From Thermodesulfobacteriota bacterium (GTDB lineage: Bacteria > Desulfobacterota > Desulfarculia > JACQYL01), in contig CAXXLZ010000001.1 of the NCBI GenBank assembly GCA_963675595.2, positions 992,001-1,056,000 on the forward strand: a stretch of 64,000 bases of DNA, in the 5' to 3' direction. A program made the translations under genes and the position numbers. A model generated the notes under the pieces. It saw only the letters and a program-made list of their open reading frames with translations. It did not search any database and was not told the origin of the DNA. Of this stretch, positions 10,047 to 19,871 are shown one piece after another; the first letter of the stretch is position 1, and every line of letters begins with the position of its first letter.

Positions 10047-13000
10047 ATGGTTTCTCTACGTGCTGCCTTAGTGTTTTGTCTCTTGGCTGTCTTCGCGGCG
10101 CCTCCCGCTTCGGCCTCTCAGGGCCGAGGTGAGCGAGTGGTGGTCCAACTGCGCTGGCTGCACCAGTTCCAGTTCGCCGGATATTATGCGGCCCTTGAAA
10201 AGGGCTTCTACCGTGACGCCGGACTCGATGTCGTCTTGGTGGAAGGGGGCCCTCACCGCGATCCCATAGAGGAGGTGCTTTCCGGACGCGCTCAATACGG
10301 AGCGGCCAGCAACGAGGTGCTTCTGGCCAGGCTTAACGGCAAACCGGTCAAGGTCCTGGCCGTCATCTTTCAGCAATCCCCGTCCGTTTTTTTGGCCCGC
10401 AAGGACTCGGGCATCAATTCGCCCCAAGACATGCTTGGACGCCGGGTAATGATGATGCCGGGAATGGGCGATGCCGAGCTGCTGGCCATGTTCGCCAAAG
10501 AAGGCATCGACCTGAAAAACATCCGCCGCCTGCCCACCAGCTATAACATCGACGACCTCATAAACGGCAAGACCGACGTGTTCAACGCGTACCTGACCAA
10601 CGAGCCCTATTATCTGGAAAAGAAGGGCATCCCGGCGACCATTATCCGGCCGGCCGCTTACGGCATCCACTTCTACGGCGATTGCGTCGTCACCTCCGAG
10701 GACGAAGTGGACAAGCATCCCGAGCGCGTCCGGGCGTTCCGCCGGGCCACTCTGGACGGCTGGCAATATGCCATGGATCATCCGGAAGAGATCATCGATC
10801 TCATCCTCAAGAAGTACCACGCCAAGAAGACCCGGGATCACCTGCGTTTCGAGGCGGCTTCCATGCGCGAGCTGCTGCAGCCTGAAATGATCCAGATGGG
10901 TCATATGAACCCCGGCCGCTGGCGTCATATGGCCGAAACCTTTGCCGAGCTGGGGCTGGTTCCATCCGATTTCAATCTGCAGGGGTTGATCTACGATCCC
11001 GAGGCCCGCAAAGACCGCACTCCCTGGCTGTGGGCGGCGGGGATAGGTTTGGGTGTGCTGCTCATCGTGGGCACGGTGACGGTCCTTCTCGCCCGTTTCA
11101 ACCGACGCCTACGCCGCGAGGTGGATGAGCGTAAACGAGCTGAAGAGCGGGTTGCCGCCATGGTGGCCAACGTGCCCGGCGTTATCTTTCAGATGGAGAT
11201 ATTTGACGACGGGCGGCGTGAATATCGTTACTTGAGCCCGCGTGCGGCGGAATTCTTCGGTCTCGACCCGGAGGAGATCATCCGAGAAAGGAGGCGGCTC
11301 TGCTGGCACCCGGCGGACAGAGAACGAGTTGAGCGCGAGGTGGATTCCGGCACCGCGGCCGGCGGCGTGAATTTGGTGGGCCGCGTATTACTCCCCGATG
11401 GGAGGATTAAATGGGTACGCGTCAACGCGTCCTTTTCCGAAGAAGACCCGGGCAAGCGCGTGGCGACCGGGTTCATGCTGGATATCACCAAACGCAAAGT
11501 GGCTGAAAACGAATATCTGGCCGGTGAACGTAAGATCAAGGCTATGAGCCAAGCGGTGGAGGACGCCCTCATCATGATCGACGGCCGCGGCAAGGTGCTG
11601 TTCTGGAACCCTGCGGCGGAGCGGCTTTTCGGTTACAGCGAGGCGGAAGCGATGGGAATGGATTTTCATCGTATGGCTGCACCGGACGAGTATCGGGAAA
11701 AGGTGCTCCCCGGTCTGAAACGTTTTTCCGAAACGGGGGAAGGGGAGGTCCTGGGCAAGACCACCGAGATCATGGCTACCGACTGCCGGGGCCGGAAGTT
11801 CCCCGTGGAGGTGACACTTTCCGCCTTTCAGCTCGATGAAGAGTGGTACGCAGTGGGTACCGTGCGCGATATCAGCGCTCGTAAGCAGGCCGAAAAGGCC
11901 GCCAAGGATTCCGAGCGGCGCATGGCGGACATCATCGAGTTTTTGCCCGATCCCACCTTGGTGGTAGACAACATGGGCCGGGTACTCTTCTGGAACCGAG
12001 CCATGGAGAAACTCACCGGGATCAAGAAGGCGGACATTATCGGCAAGGCCGACTATGAGTATGCCTTGGCTCTTTATGGTGAGCGCCGACCGATCCTGGT
12101 CGACCTCGTCAGGTCCTGGAATGAAGATTTGGCGGAAAAGTATTTGAGCATAAAGAAACAGGGCGATTATCTGGCTGCCGAGTCTTTCCACCCCCATCTG
12201 GGCGATGGAGGTATTTTCCTTTCCAGTACTGCGACCGTGCTCTTTGACGCCGGCGGAAATGAAATCGGGGCCATAGAGAACTTGCGTGATATTACCGAGA
12301 AAAAGCAGGCCGAAGCCCTGATGGTGGAGAAGAAAGTGGCCGAGGAGGCGGCCGCCCGTGCGGAACGAGCGAGGTTGGAGGCGGAGGCGGCCCGACGGGA
12401 ACTGCAGGCCAACCTCAAGGAGATTGCACGCTTCAATCGGCTGGCGTTGGGACGGGAGGAACGCATCATTGAACTCAAGCATCAGGCCAACCAACTGGCT
12501 TCACTGGCCGGCATGGAGACACCCTACGATGAGCGGGCGATGGAGTCCGGCGAGGGGCTGCGGGAGGAAGAGGGAGAAGCTGCGGATCAGGGTGAGGAAG
12601 TGGAGATGAACTTGGATCGGTTGGCCAAGGTGTTGTCCGAGGAACGGTTCCATAACCTGCTTCATGACTTCTGTGAGGCGGCGGGAGTTGCCGCGGCGAT
12701 CATCGACACACAGGGCGAAATCTTGGCCGCGGCCCGTTGGCAACGAGTTTGCACGGACTTTCACCGTCAAAACGACATTACTTGCGCCCGATGTATCGAA
12801 AGCGACACGAAACTGGCCGCCGAGCTCGAAGAAGGAAAAGCCTACGCCGTCTACAGATGCCGCAACGGTCTGATGGACGCCGCTTCTCCCATAGTGATCG
12901 AGGGCAAACATCTGGCCAACACTTTTGTGGGGCAGTTCTTCACCGAGCCTCCGGATGAGGAGTCCTTCCGACGCCGAGCCGAGGAGGTGGGCTTTGATCC

Positions 13001-13835
13001 CGAGCAATACTTGGCGGCCGTGGCCGAAGTACCGGTGCTGAAGGGGGACCGTTTACCCGCGATCCTGGGCTTTGTGACAGGTATGTCCCGAACGGTGGCC
13101 GCTTCCTACTCCGAACGCCTGCGGGCGCAGCAGGCCGAGGCGGGATTGATCCGGCGTGAGCAGGAGAGTCGGCGCGAGCGCGCTGCAGCCCTCAGTCTGG
13201 CCGAGGACGCCGAGAATGCTCGGGCCGAGATCGAGCGTTACAAGGGCCGCTTGGAGTTGCTGGTGGAGGAACGCACCGATGAGCTGATGCAGAGCGAGGA
13301 ACGTACCCGGTTGCTGCTCGACTCGGCGGGGGAAGGCATTTTCGGGGTAAACGGCGAGGGCGAGGTGAGTTTCATCAATCCCGCCGCACTGGAAATGTTG
13401 GGGTATGCCGAAGCCGAGATCATGGGTCGTTCGGCGCACGCCCTGTTCCATCACTCGCGAGCCGACGGCAGTGAGTACCCGGCGGACGAGTGCCCGATGA
13501 ACGACTCCTGGATAAACGGAGCCACCCACCGCGTGGGCGACGAAGTGCTTTGGCGCAAAGACGGCAGGTCCTTCCCGGTGGAATACTCCAGTACACCCAT
13601 CAACAAGGCCGGTCGAGTGGTGGGGGCGGTGATCACTTTCTTCGACGTGAGCGAACGCAGACTGGTGGAAGAAGAAATGAACCGGTATGTGGACGAATTG
13701 GAGCGTTTCAACCGTCTCACCGTGGGGCGCGAGGAGAGGATGATCGAGCTCAAGGAAGAGGTGAACCTGCTGCTGGAAAAGGCGGGCCGGGAGAGGAAGT
13801 ACCATGTGATGGACCTGGACGCCACGGATTATTAG
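10047..13835 (+). CDS. Kinase-less sensor: NMT1/THI5-like periplasmic binding domain, TM, three PAS, PocR-like domain, PAS
   Basis: Signal peptide; QLRWLHQFQFAGYYAA; several PAS/PAC motifs; WQRVCTDFHR...CIESD...YRCRNGLMDAASPI; no H-box, HATPase or GGDEF seen. Confidence 0.85.
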   Translation: MVSLRAALVFCLLAVFAAPPASASQGRGERVVVQLRWLHQFQFAGYYAALEKGFYRDAGLDVVLVEGGPHRDPIEEVLSGRAQYGAASNEVLLARLNGKPVKVLAVIFQQSPSVFLARKDSGINSPQDMLGRRVMMMPGMGDAELLAMFAKEGIDLKNIRRLPTSYNIDDLINGKTDVFNAYLTNEPYYLEKKGIPATIIRPAAYGIHFYGDCVVTSEDEVDKHPERVRAFRRATLDGWQYAMDHPEEIIDLILKKYHAKKTRDHLRFEAASMRELLQPEMIQMGHMNPGRWRHMAETFAELGLVPSDFNLQGLIYDPEARKDRTPWLWAAGIGLGVLLIVGTVTVLLARFNRRLRREVDERKRAEERVAAMVANVPGVIFQMEIFDDGRREYRYLSPRAAEFFGLDPEEIIRERRRLCWHPADRERVEREVDSGTAAGGVNLVGRVLLPDGRIKWVRVNASFSEEDPGKRVATGFMLDITKRKVAENEYLAGERKIKAMSQAVEDALIMIDGRGKVLFWNPAAERLFGYSEAEAMGMDFHRMAAPDEYREKVLPGLKRFSETGEGEVLGKTTEIMATDCRGRKFPVEVTLSAFQLDEEWYAVGTVRDISARKQAEKAAKDSERRMADIIEFLPDPTLVVDNMGRVLFWNRAMEKLTGIKKADIIGKADYEYALALYGERRPILVDLVRSWNEDLAEKYLSIKKQGDYLAAESFHPHLGDGGIFLSSTATVLFDAGGNEIGAIENLRDITEKKQAEALMVEKKVAEEAAARAERARLEAEAARRELQANLKEIARFNRLALGREERIIELKHQANQLASLAGMETPYDERAMESGEGLREEEGEAADQGEEVEMNLDRLAKVLSEERFHNLLHDFCEAAGVAAAIIDTQGEILAAARWQRVCTDFHRQNDITCARCIESDTKLAAELEEGKAYAVYRCRNGLMDAASPIVIEGKHLANTFVGQFFTEPPDEESFRRRAEEVGFDPEQYLAAVAEVPVLKGDRLPAILGFVTGMSRTVAASYSERLRAQQAEAGLIRREQESRRERAAALSLAEDAENARAEIERYKGRLELLVEERTDELMQSEERTRLLLDSAGEGIFGVNGEGEVSFINPAALEMLGYAEAEIMGRSAHALFHHSRADGSEYPADECPMNDSWINGATHRVGDEVLWRKDGRSFPVEYSSTPINKAGRVVGAVITFFDVSERRLVEEEMNRYVDELERFNRLTVGREERMIELKEEVNLLLEKAGRERKYHVMDLDATDY

Positions 13836-13851
13836 GGCAAGGAGATGATCC

Positions 13852-14379
13852 ATGTTCAAAGAAGAAAGAGATTCGCCGCAGTTTCAATGGGACATGTTGG
13901 GTGATATCGCCGAGGGCAGACCCAACCTGGGGGACACTACGAAGGTGGGGGTATATCGCCTGATGCAATTCACCCTGCGGGACATCCTGATCAGGGATTA
14001 CGGCCCGGAAGCGGCCAACCGTGTCTTTTTCGAAGCCGGCCGTTCCGCCGGCCGCGAATTTTACAAGAATCTGGTAACCGAGAAGAATGATTTCAACAAA
14101 TTCGTGGTCGAGCTGCAGAAACTGATGTCGGACCTCAACATCGGCATCCTGCGTGTGGAAAAATCCGATCCGGTCAATATGCATTTCGTCCTCACCGTGG
14201 CCGAGGACCTGGACTGTTCCGGGCTTCCTCTGAGCAATGAGAACATCTGCACTTACGACGAAGGCTTCATCAGCGGCCTGTTCCTGGAGTTTACCGGCGA
14301 GGAGTTCGAGGTCCGGGAAGTGGATTGCTGGTGCTCCGGCAATCGGGTCTGTCGTTTCGAGGTCGAACCCAAGCGGTAA
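13852..14379 (+). CDS. V4R (4-vinyl reductase) domain protein
   Basis: [33 protein letters not shown]; AGGAG SD. Confidence 0.85.
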   Translation: MFKEERDSPQFQWDMLGDIAEGRPNLGDTTKVGVYRLMQFTLRDILIRDYGPEAANRVFFEAGRSAGREFYKNLVTEKNDFNKFVVELQKLMSDLNIGILRVEKSDPVNMHFVLTVAEDLDCSGLPLSNENICTYDEGFISGLFLEFTGEEFEVREVDCWCSGNRVCRFEVEPKR

Positions 14380-14384
14380 ATGCC

Positions 14385-17117
14385 ATGCTGCAAGTCGAGG
14401 AAGAAATCATAGATAGGATCAGCGAGGTCTTCCACCTCATCTCCAAAGGCAGGAAGCCCGCGCCCATTGTGCTGCCCGATGATTTTCCGGAGAACGAAAT
14501 TCGTCAGGCGGTGGGATACATCAATCGGTTCCTGGATGAGTATGCCGCCACCACCAACTTGGTGGACTCTCTGTCCAAGGGGGACATCGAGCAGCAGGGT
14601 CCTCCGGGGCACAGCGCGCTGTTGGCCTCTCTCAAGAATCTGCAAGGTAATCTGCGTCACCTGACCTGGGCCACTCAGCAGATCGCCAAAGGCGACTTCA
14701 GCCATCAAGTGGGTTTCATGGGGGAGTTCTCCCAGGCCTTCAACAGCATGACCGGCCAGCTCAGAAGCTCCTTCAAGGAGCGTGAACAATCGGAGCAGAC
14801 CATGCAGGGCCGGATCCAGGAACTGGCCGGGGCCCGGCGTGCCATGCTGAACATGCTGGAGGACCTGGACCGGGAAAAGGCGAAGGCGGAGGCGGCAACA
14901 CAGGCCAAGAGCGATTTTCTGGCCAACATGAGTCATGAAATCCGCACGCCGATGAACGCCGTTCTGGGCATGATTCACCTCGCTTTGAAAACCGACCTGG
15001 ACCCCAAGCAGCGCGATTATCTCGAGAAGATCCAGATCAGCAGCCGGACGCTGTTGACCATCATCAACGATATCCTGGACTTCTCCAAAATCGAGGCGGG
15101 CAAGCTGGAAATGGAGGTAATCGATTTTTCTTTGGACGACGTCCTGGGCAACCTCTCCAACTTGGTAAGTTTGAAGGCGCAAGAGAAAGGGCTGGAACTG
15201 CTTTTCGACATCGACCCTCGCCTGCCTCGGGGCCTCAAAGGAGACCCGCTGCGCCTGGGCCAAATTCTGGTCAACCTGGGCAACAACTCGGTGAAATTCA
15301 CGGAGCGGGGTGAGATCGTTGTCTCGGCGCGGCCTCTGGAGACGGTCGGGGACAGGGTGAAGATTCGGTTTTCCGTGCGTGATACCGGCATCGGCATGAC
15401 CCCCGAGCAACAGGCCCGACAATTTCAGGCCTTTTCCCAGGCCGACACCTCCACCACGCGCAAATATGGGGGTACCGGGCTGGGGCTGGCCATCAGCAAG
15501 CGACTGGTGGAGATGATGAACGGGGAGATCTGGGTGGAAAGCGAAGCCGGCGTGGGCAGCGAATTCATCTTCACGGCCGAGTTCGGCATCGGCCGGGTCA
15601 CGGCCGAACGCAAGCCGAGTTCCGATCCGGACCTGCGGGGCATGCGTGTATTGGCTGTGGACGACAACGCGGCCGGCCGAGAGATTCTACAGGCCATGCT
15701 GGATTCCATGGGATTCAGGGCCGACCTGGCGAGAGACGGCGCCGAGGCATTGGCCATGCTCGAGCGCGCCGATCCCCGACGTCCCTATGATCTGGTGCTC
15801 ATGGACTGGAACATGCCGGGCATGGACGGGCTTACCGCGTCGGAGCGGATCAAGAGTCATCCTCGTTTGGCCAAGGTGCCCACCATCATCATGGTCACGG
15901 CCTACGGCCGCGAAGAAGTCATGAAGCGAGCGGAACGAATCGGGCTTGAAGGCTTTCTCATCAAGCCCGTGAGCCCTTCGTTGCTTCTGGACGCCATCAT
16001 GACCGCTTTCGGCAGGCGGGTCGCACCCGTGGCCGGCGGAGCACGAACTCCCGCGCGCGAACCGGAAGTCGGTTCAAGGCTGCGCAACGCCGAAGTGCTT
16101 CTGGTGGAGGACAACGAGATCAACCGGCAGGTGGCTCGTGAAATCCTCGAGGGGGCCGGTATGGTGGTGACCGTTGCCGAAGACGGCGAACAGGCGGTGG
16201 AAGCGGTCAAGAGCACCGACTACCACGCGGTGCTGATGGACGTGCAAATGCCGGTGATGGACGGCTACACGGCCACCAGGGCCATACGCGCGGAAAAGCG
16301 ATTCAAGCATCTGCCCATCATCGCCATGACCGCCAACGCCATGGCCGGCGATCGCGAAAAGGCGCTGCAGGCGGGTATGAACGACCATGTGGCCAAACCC
16401 ATAGACATCGATCAACTTCTTGCCTGTCTAAGCAAGTGGATCGGGCCGGTGGCACGCGGGGTCGCGCCCGGGACGTCGGAACGGCGGGAAACGGAGGCCC
16501 AGCCCAAAGATATGGCCCTGCCGGAAACCATCGAGGGCGTGGATATGGCCGACGGCCTCGCCAGGTTGGGCGGCAACCGTAAGCTCTATCGTAAACTCCT
16601 GATCCGGTTGCACGACGACTATGTTCATTCCGAGGCCGAAATAACGGGTATGCTGGAAAGGGGCGAAACGGCGGAGGCCCGACGTCTGGCTCACAGCATC
16701 AAAGGCGTGGCGGGAAACGTGGGCGCGAAGGGGCTTCACCTTGCGGCGGCGGGTCTGGAGGCGGCCATCAAAGAGGCCGACGGAAACGATATCCAAGAGA
16801 AGCTGGCCGTTTTCGGCAGAGAGTCGGATTCGCTCATGGCCGCTTTGGCAGAGCTGGAGGTGGTGGAACCCGTGCTGGATGTTTCGGGAATTGAGGCATC
16901 ACCCGATAAGCTGGCCCGGGCATTACGGGACATGCTGCCCCATCTCAAGGCCAAGAAGCCCAAGCCTTGCCGGGAAGCCATGAACGAGCTGAAAGGCTTG
17001 GGACGACCCAAGGGATTGGAGCCGGAATTCGCCCAACTGGACACACTCGTGGGCAAGTACAGGTTCAAGGAAGCCGTAACCTTGGCGGAGTCCCTGTTGG
17101 ATCGGATGAAAGGATAA
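14385..17117 (+). CDS. Soluble hybrid histidine kinase HAMP-HisKA-HATPase-REC-REC-Hpt
   Basis: [41 protein letters not shown], two receivers (MDWNMP, MDVQMP), AHSIKG; no TM segment. Confidence 0.93.
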   Translation: MLQVEEEIIDRISEVFHLISKGRKPAPIVLPDDFPENEIRQAVGYINRFLDEYAATTNLVDSLSKGDIEQQGPPGHSALLASLKNLQGNLRHLTWATQQIAKGDFSHQVGFMGEFSQAFNSMTGQLRSSFKEREQSEQTMQGRIQELAGARRAMLNMLEDLDREKAKAEAATQAKSDFLANMSHEIRTPMNAVLGMIHLALKTDLDPKQRDYLEKIQISSRTLLTIINDILDFSKIEAGKLEMEVIDFSLDDVLGNLSNLVSLKAQEKGLELLFDIDPRLPRGLKGDPLRLGQILVNLGNNSVKFTERGEIVVSARPLETVGDRVKIRFSVRDTGIGMTPEQQARQFQAFSQADTSTTRKYGGTGLGLAISKRLVEMMNGEIWVESEAGVGSEFIFTAEFGIGRVTAERKPSSDPDLRGMRVLAVDDNAAGREILQAMLDSMGFRADLARDGAEALAMLERADPRRPYDLVLMDWNMPGMDGLTASERIKSHPRLAKVPTIIMVTAYGREEVMKRAERIGLEGFLIKPVSPSLLLDAIMTAFGRRVAPVAGGARTPAREPEVGSRLRNAEVLLVEDNEINRQVAREILEGAGMVVTVAEDGEQAVEAVKSTDYHAVLMDVQMPVMDGYTATRAIRAEKRFKHLPIIAMTANAMAGDREKALQAGMNDHVAKPIDIDQLLACLSKWIGPVARGVAPGTSERRETEAQPKDMALPETIEGVDMADGLARLGGNRKLYRKLLIRLHDDYVHSEAEITGMLERGETAEARRLAHSIKGVAGNVGAKGLHLAAAGLEAAIKEADGNDIQEKLAVFGRESDSLMAALAELEVVEPVLDVSGIEASPDKLARALRDMLPHLKAKKPKPCREAMNELKGLGRPKGLEPEFAQLDTLVGKYRFKEAVTLAESLLDRMKG

Positions 17118-17127
17118 TCGCGTGCCT

Positions 17128-18228
17128 ATGAAGGAGCTGTCCGACTGCAACGTGTTGGTGGTCGACGACACCGAGGCCAATGTGGACATCCTGGTCGATG
17201 CCTTGGGCGAGTTGTACGAAGTGTCCGTGGCCATGGACGGGGAATCGGCCCTGGAGGCGGTGGCGGAGGAACCGCCGGATATCATTCTCCTGGACATCAT
17301 GATGCCGGGCATGGACGGATACGAGGTTTGTCGACGGCTCAAAACCGAAGGCTCCGCAGCCGAGATTCCCGTGATCTTTCTTTCAGCGCTGACCGAAATA
17401 GAAAACAAGACCAAAGGCTTTCAGCTGGGAGCGGTGGATTACATCACCAAACCTTTCGAGGTGCTGGAGGTGCAGGCTCGGGTCAAAACGCACCTCTCGC
17501 TGGTGCTGGCCGGTCGTGAGCTTCGGACTCAGAACGAGATGCTGGAAGAGAAGGTCCTGGAGCGCACCCTTGAACTGGCCCAAACCCAGGACGTCACCAT
17601 CCACAGCTTGGCCGGCTTGGCCGAGACGCGGGACAACGAGACCGGCGGCCATATCCTGCGCACGCAAGGTTACGTCAAGGCCTTGGCCGAGCAACTGGCC
17701 AAGGATTCTCCCTATGCGGGCCGACTCGACACCCGGACCATCGAGCTGTTCTATAAAACCGCCCCGCTGCACGATATTGGGAAAGTCGGCGTGCCGGACG
17801 CCATTCTGCTCAAACCCGGCAAGTTGACCTCGGAAGAGTTCGACATCATGAAAAGGCATGCCGAATTGGGGTACGAGGCTCTAGTCAGGTCCGAGAAGAC
17901 CTTTAATTTGGTGAGAAAGCCCGATTTTTTGGAACATGCCCGCGACATCGCCCTCACCCATCATGAAAAGTGGAACGGAAAGGGCTACCCCAGGGGTTTG
18001 GCCGGAGAGGATATTCCGCTCTCCGGTCGTATCATGGCCGTGGCCGACGTGTACGACGCGCTCATCAGCAAGCGGGTGTACAAACCGGCTTTCACCCATG
18101 AAAAAGCGGCCGCCATCATCAGGGAGGAGAGTGGGGCTCACTTCGACCCGGTGGTGGTGGAGGCCTTTTCGGCAATCGAGGAGGAGTTCAAGCGCATCGC
18201 GGCCGAGTTCGCCGACGAAGAGGAATAG
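17128..18228 (+). CDS. REC + HD-GYP cyclic di-GMP phosphodiesterase response regulator
   Basis: LLDIMMP, APLHDIGK, HHEKWNGKGYP, VADVYDAL. Confidence 0.93.
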   Translation: MKELSDCNVLVVDDTEANVDILVDALGELYEVSVAMDGESALEAVAEEPPDIILLDIMMPGMDGYEVCRRLKTEGSAAEIPVIFLSALTEIENKTKGFQLGAVDYITKPFEVLEVQARVKTHLSLVLAGRELRTQNEMLEEKVLERTLELAQTQDVTIHSLAGLAETRDNETGGHILRTQGYVKALAEQLAKDSPYAGRLDTRTIELFYKTAPLHDIGKVGVPDAILLKPGKLTSEEFDIMKRHAELGYEALVRSEKTFNLVRKPDFLEHARDIALTHHEKWNGKGYPRGLAGEDIPLSGRIMAVADVYDALISKRVYKPAFTHEKAAAIIREESGAHFDPVVVEAFSAIEEEFKRIAAEFADEEE

Positions 18229-18400
18229 GCGTAATCTTCTTATTCGCGGGGTCTTCGGGGGAGCAGCTTTCCACGTGAAAGATTCCGGCGCGACTTGCGG
18301 TCGTGGATCAAGGACGTGCCGGCGGAGAAACGGAAATTCTTTGGAAGAGGCAATGGGGGCGGCCGGTACCCGAGGCCGTCTCGGGAGATGAGTTGCGGTT

Positions 18401-19501
18401 ATGAAGGAACTGTCATCTTGCAGCGTTCTCGTTGTTGACGACAACGCATCCAATGTGGACATCCTGGTGGATGCCCTGAGCCATACCTATGACGTATCGG
18501 TGGCGCTGGACGGCGAATCGGCCCTGGAAAGGGTGGCCGAGAGCACACCGGACATCATCCTGCTGGATATCCTCATGCCGGGCATGGACGGTTACGAGGT
18601 CTGTGGACGAATCAAGAGTGACCCCCGCTACGCCGGGATCCCCATCATCTTTCTTACGGCCATGACCGAGCTCCGGGATAAGACCAAAGGGCTGCAGATG
18701 GGAGCCGTGGACTACATCACCAAACCCTTCGAGGTGCTGGAGGTGCAGGCCCGGGTGAGGACTCACCTCTCCCTCATGCTGGCGACCCGGGAACTGGAGC
18801 GGCAGAATGAGATCTTGGAGATCAGGGTGGCCGAGCGAACCAAGGAACTGGTTCTCACCCAGGACGTGACCATCCACAGCCTGACCACCCTTTGCGAAAC
18901 CCGGGACAACGAAACCGGGGGCCACATCCTGCGCACCCAACACTACGTGGGAGCATTGGCGGAGCGGTTGGCCGAGGATTCTCCCTATGCGCACCAACTC
19001 GACTCGCGGACCGTCGGACTGTTCTTCAAAACCGCCCCCCTGCACGACATCGGCAAGGTCGGCGTGCCGGACGCCATTCTGTTCAAGCCGGGCAAGCTCA
19101 CCCAAAAAGAATTCGAAATCATGCAACTTCACTGCGAGTTGGGGTACCGGGCTTTGGCCAACAGCGAAAGGCTTTTCCAGGCAGAGAACATCCCCTCCTT
19201 CCTGGCCCATGCCAAGAACATCGCCTATTCCCACCACGAACGATGGGACGGCAAGGGGTACCCCCGAGGGCTGGCCGGGGAGGATATCCCGCTTTCAGGC
19301 CGCATCATGGCCGTGGCCGACGTGTACGACGCGCTGGTCTGCAGACGGGTTTACAAAGCGCCCCAGGCGCATGAAGAAGCCGTGGCCGTTATCAAGCGAG
19401 ACGGCGGCACCCAATTCGACCCCGTCGTCGTGGATGCTTTCCTCGCCGTGGAAGGAGAGTTCAAACGCATCGCCGAGGAGTTTGCCGACATAGAGAAGTA
19501 G
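18401..19501 (+). CDS. REC + HD-GYP response regulator (tandem paralogue)
   Basis: LLDILMP, APLHDIGK, HHERWDGKGYP; collinear with the preceding gene. Confidence 0.93.
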   Translation: MKELSSCSVLVVDDNASNVDILVDALSHTYDVSVALDGESALERVAESTPDIILLDILMPGMDGYEVCGRIKSDPRYAGIPIIFLTAMTELRDKTKGLQMGAVDYITKPFEVLEVQARVRTHLSLMLATRELERQNEILEIRVAERTKELVLTQDVTIHSLTTLCETRDNETGGHILRTQHYVGALAERLAEDSPYAHQLDSRTVGLFFKTAPLHDIGKVGVPDAILFKPGKLTQKEFEIMQLHCELGYRALANSERLFQAENIPSFLAHAKNIAYSHHERWDGKGYPRGLAGEDIPLSGRIMAVADVYDALVCRRVYKAPQAHEEAVAVIKRDGGTQFDPVVVDAFLAVEGEFKRIAEEFADIEK

Positions 19502-19731
19502 CCTCAAGGTGCGGGGTATGGCAAATCAACGGGTATCGTTCACCGGGGGAACGTTCCCATTGGTTCCCGGGGAACGCCGGAATCCCGGACTTCCTTGATG
19601 CGGGCTCCATCCCGAGCGGGGCCAAGCCGACCTTGAGAGCATCCTGGCCGATTCAGCAGCCTGCGGCAAACGGCCTCTTTCAACGGGCTGGTAAGGACCG
19701 TTGGAAATGCGTGAGGAAACCTGATTTCTTC

Positions 19732-19820
19732 CTCAGCCTCTCCGCCGAAGGCGGTGAGGCCTGTCCAACGAGCTTTGGGAGGGGGGTTCGGGGGAGGACT
19801 TCCCCGAAAGTCCTCCCCCG
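19732..19820 (+). repeat. REP-like B-A palindrome module
   Basis: CTCAGCCTCTCCGCCGAAGGCGGTGAGGCC plus GGGGGAGGACTT...AAGTCCTCCCC; same module at 23144, 24988, 25277, 45461 and inverted at 44940. Confidence 0.75.
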
Positions 19821-19871
19821 TCAATGCCTTCAATTATCGAATCTTCCGCTGATTGGAAAGGAACCTCAATA

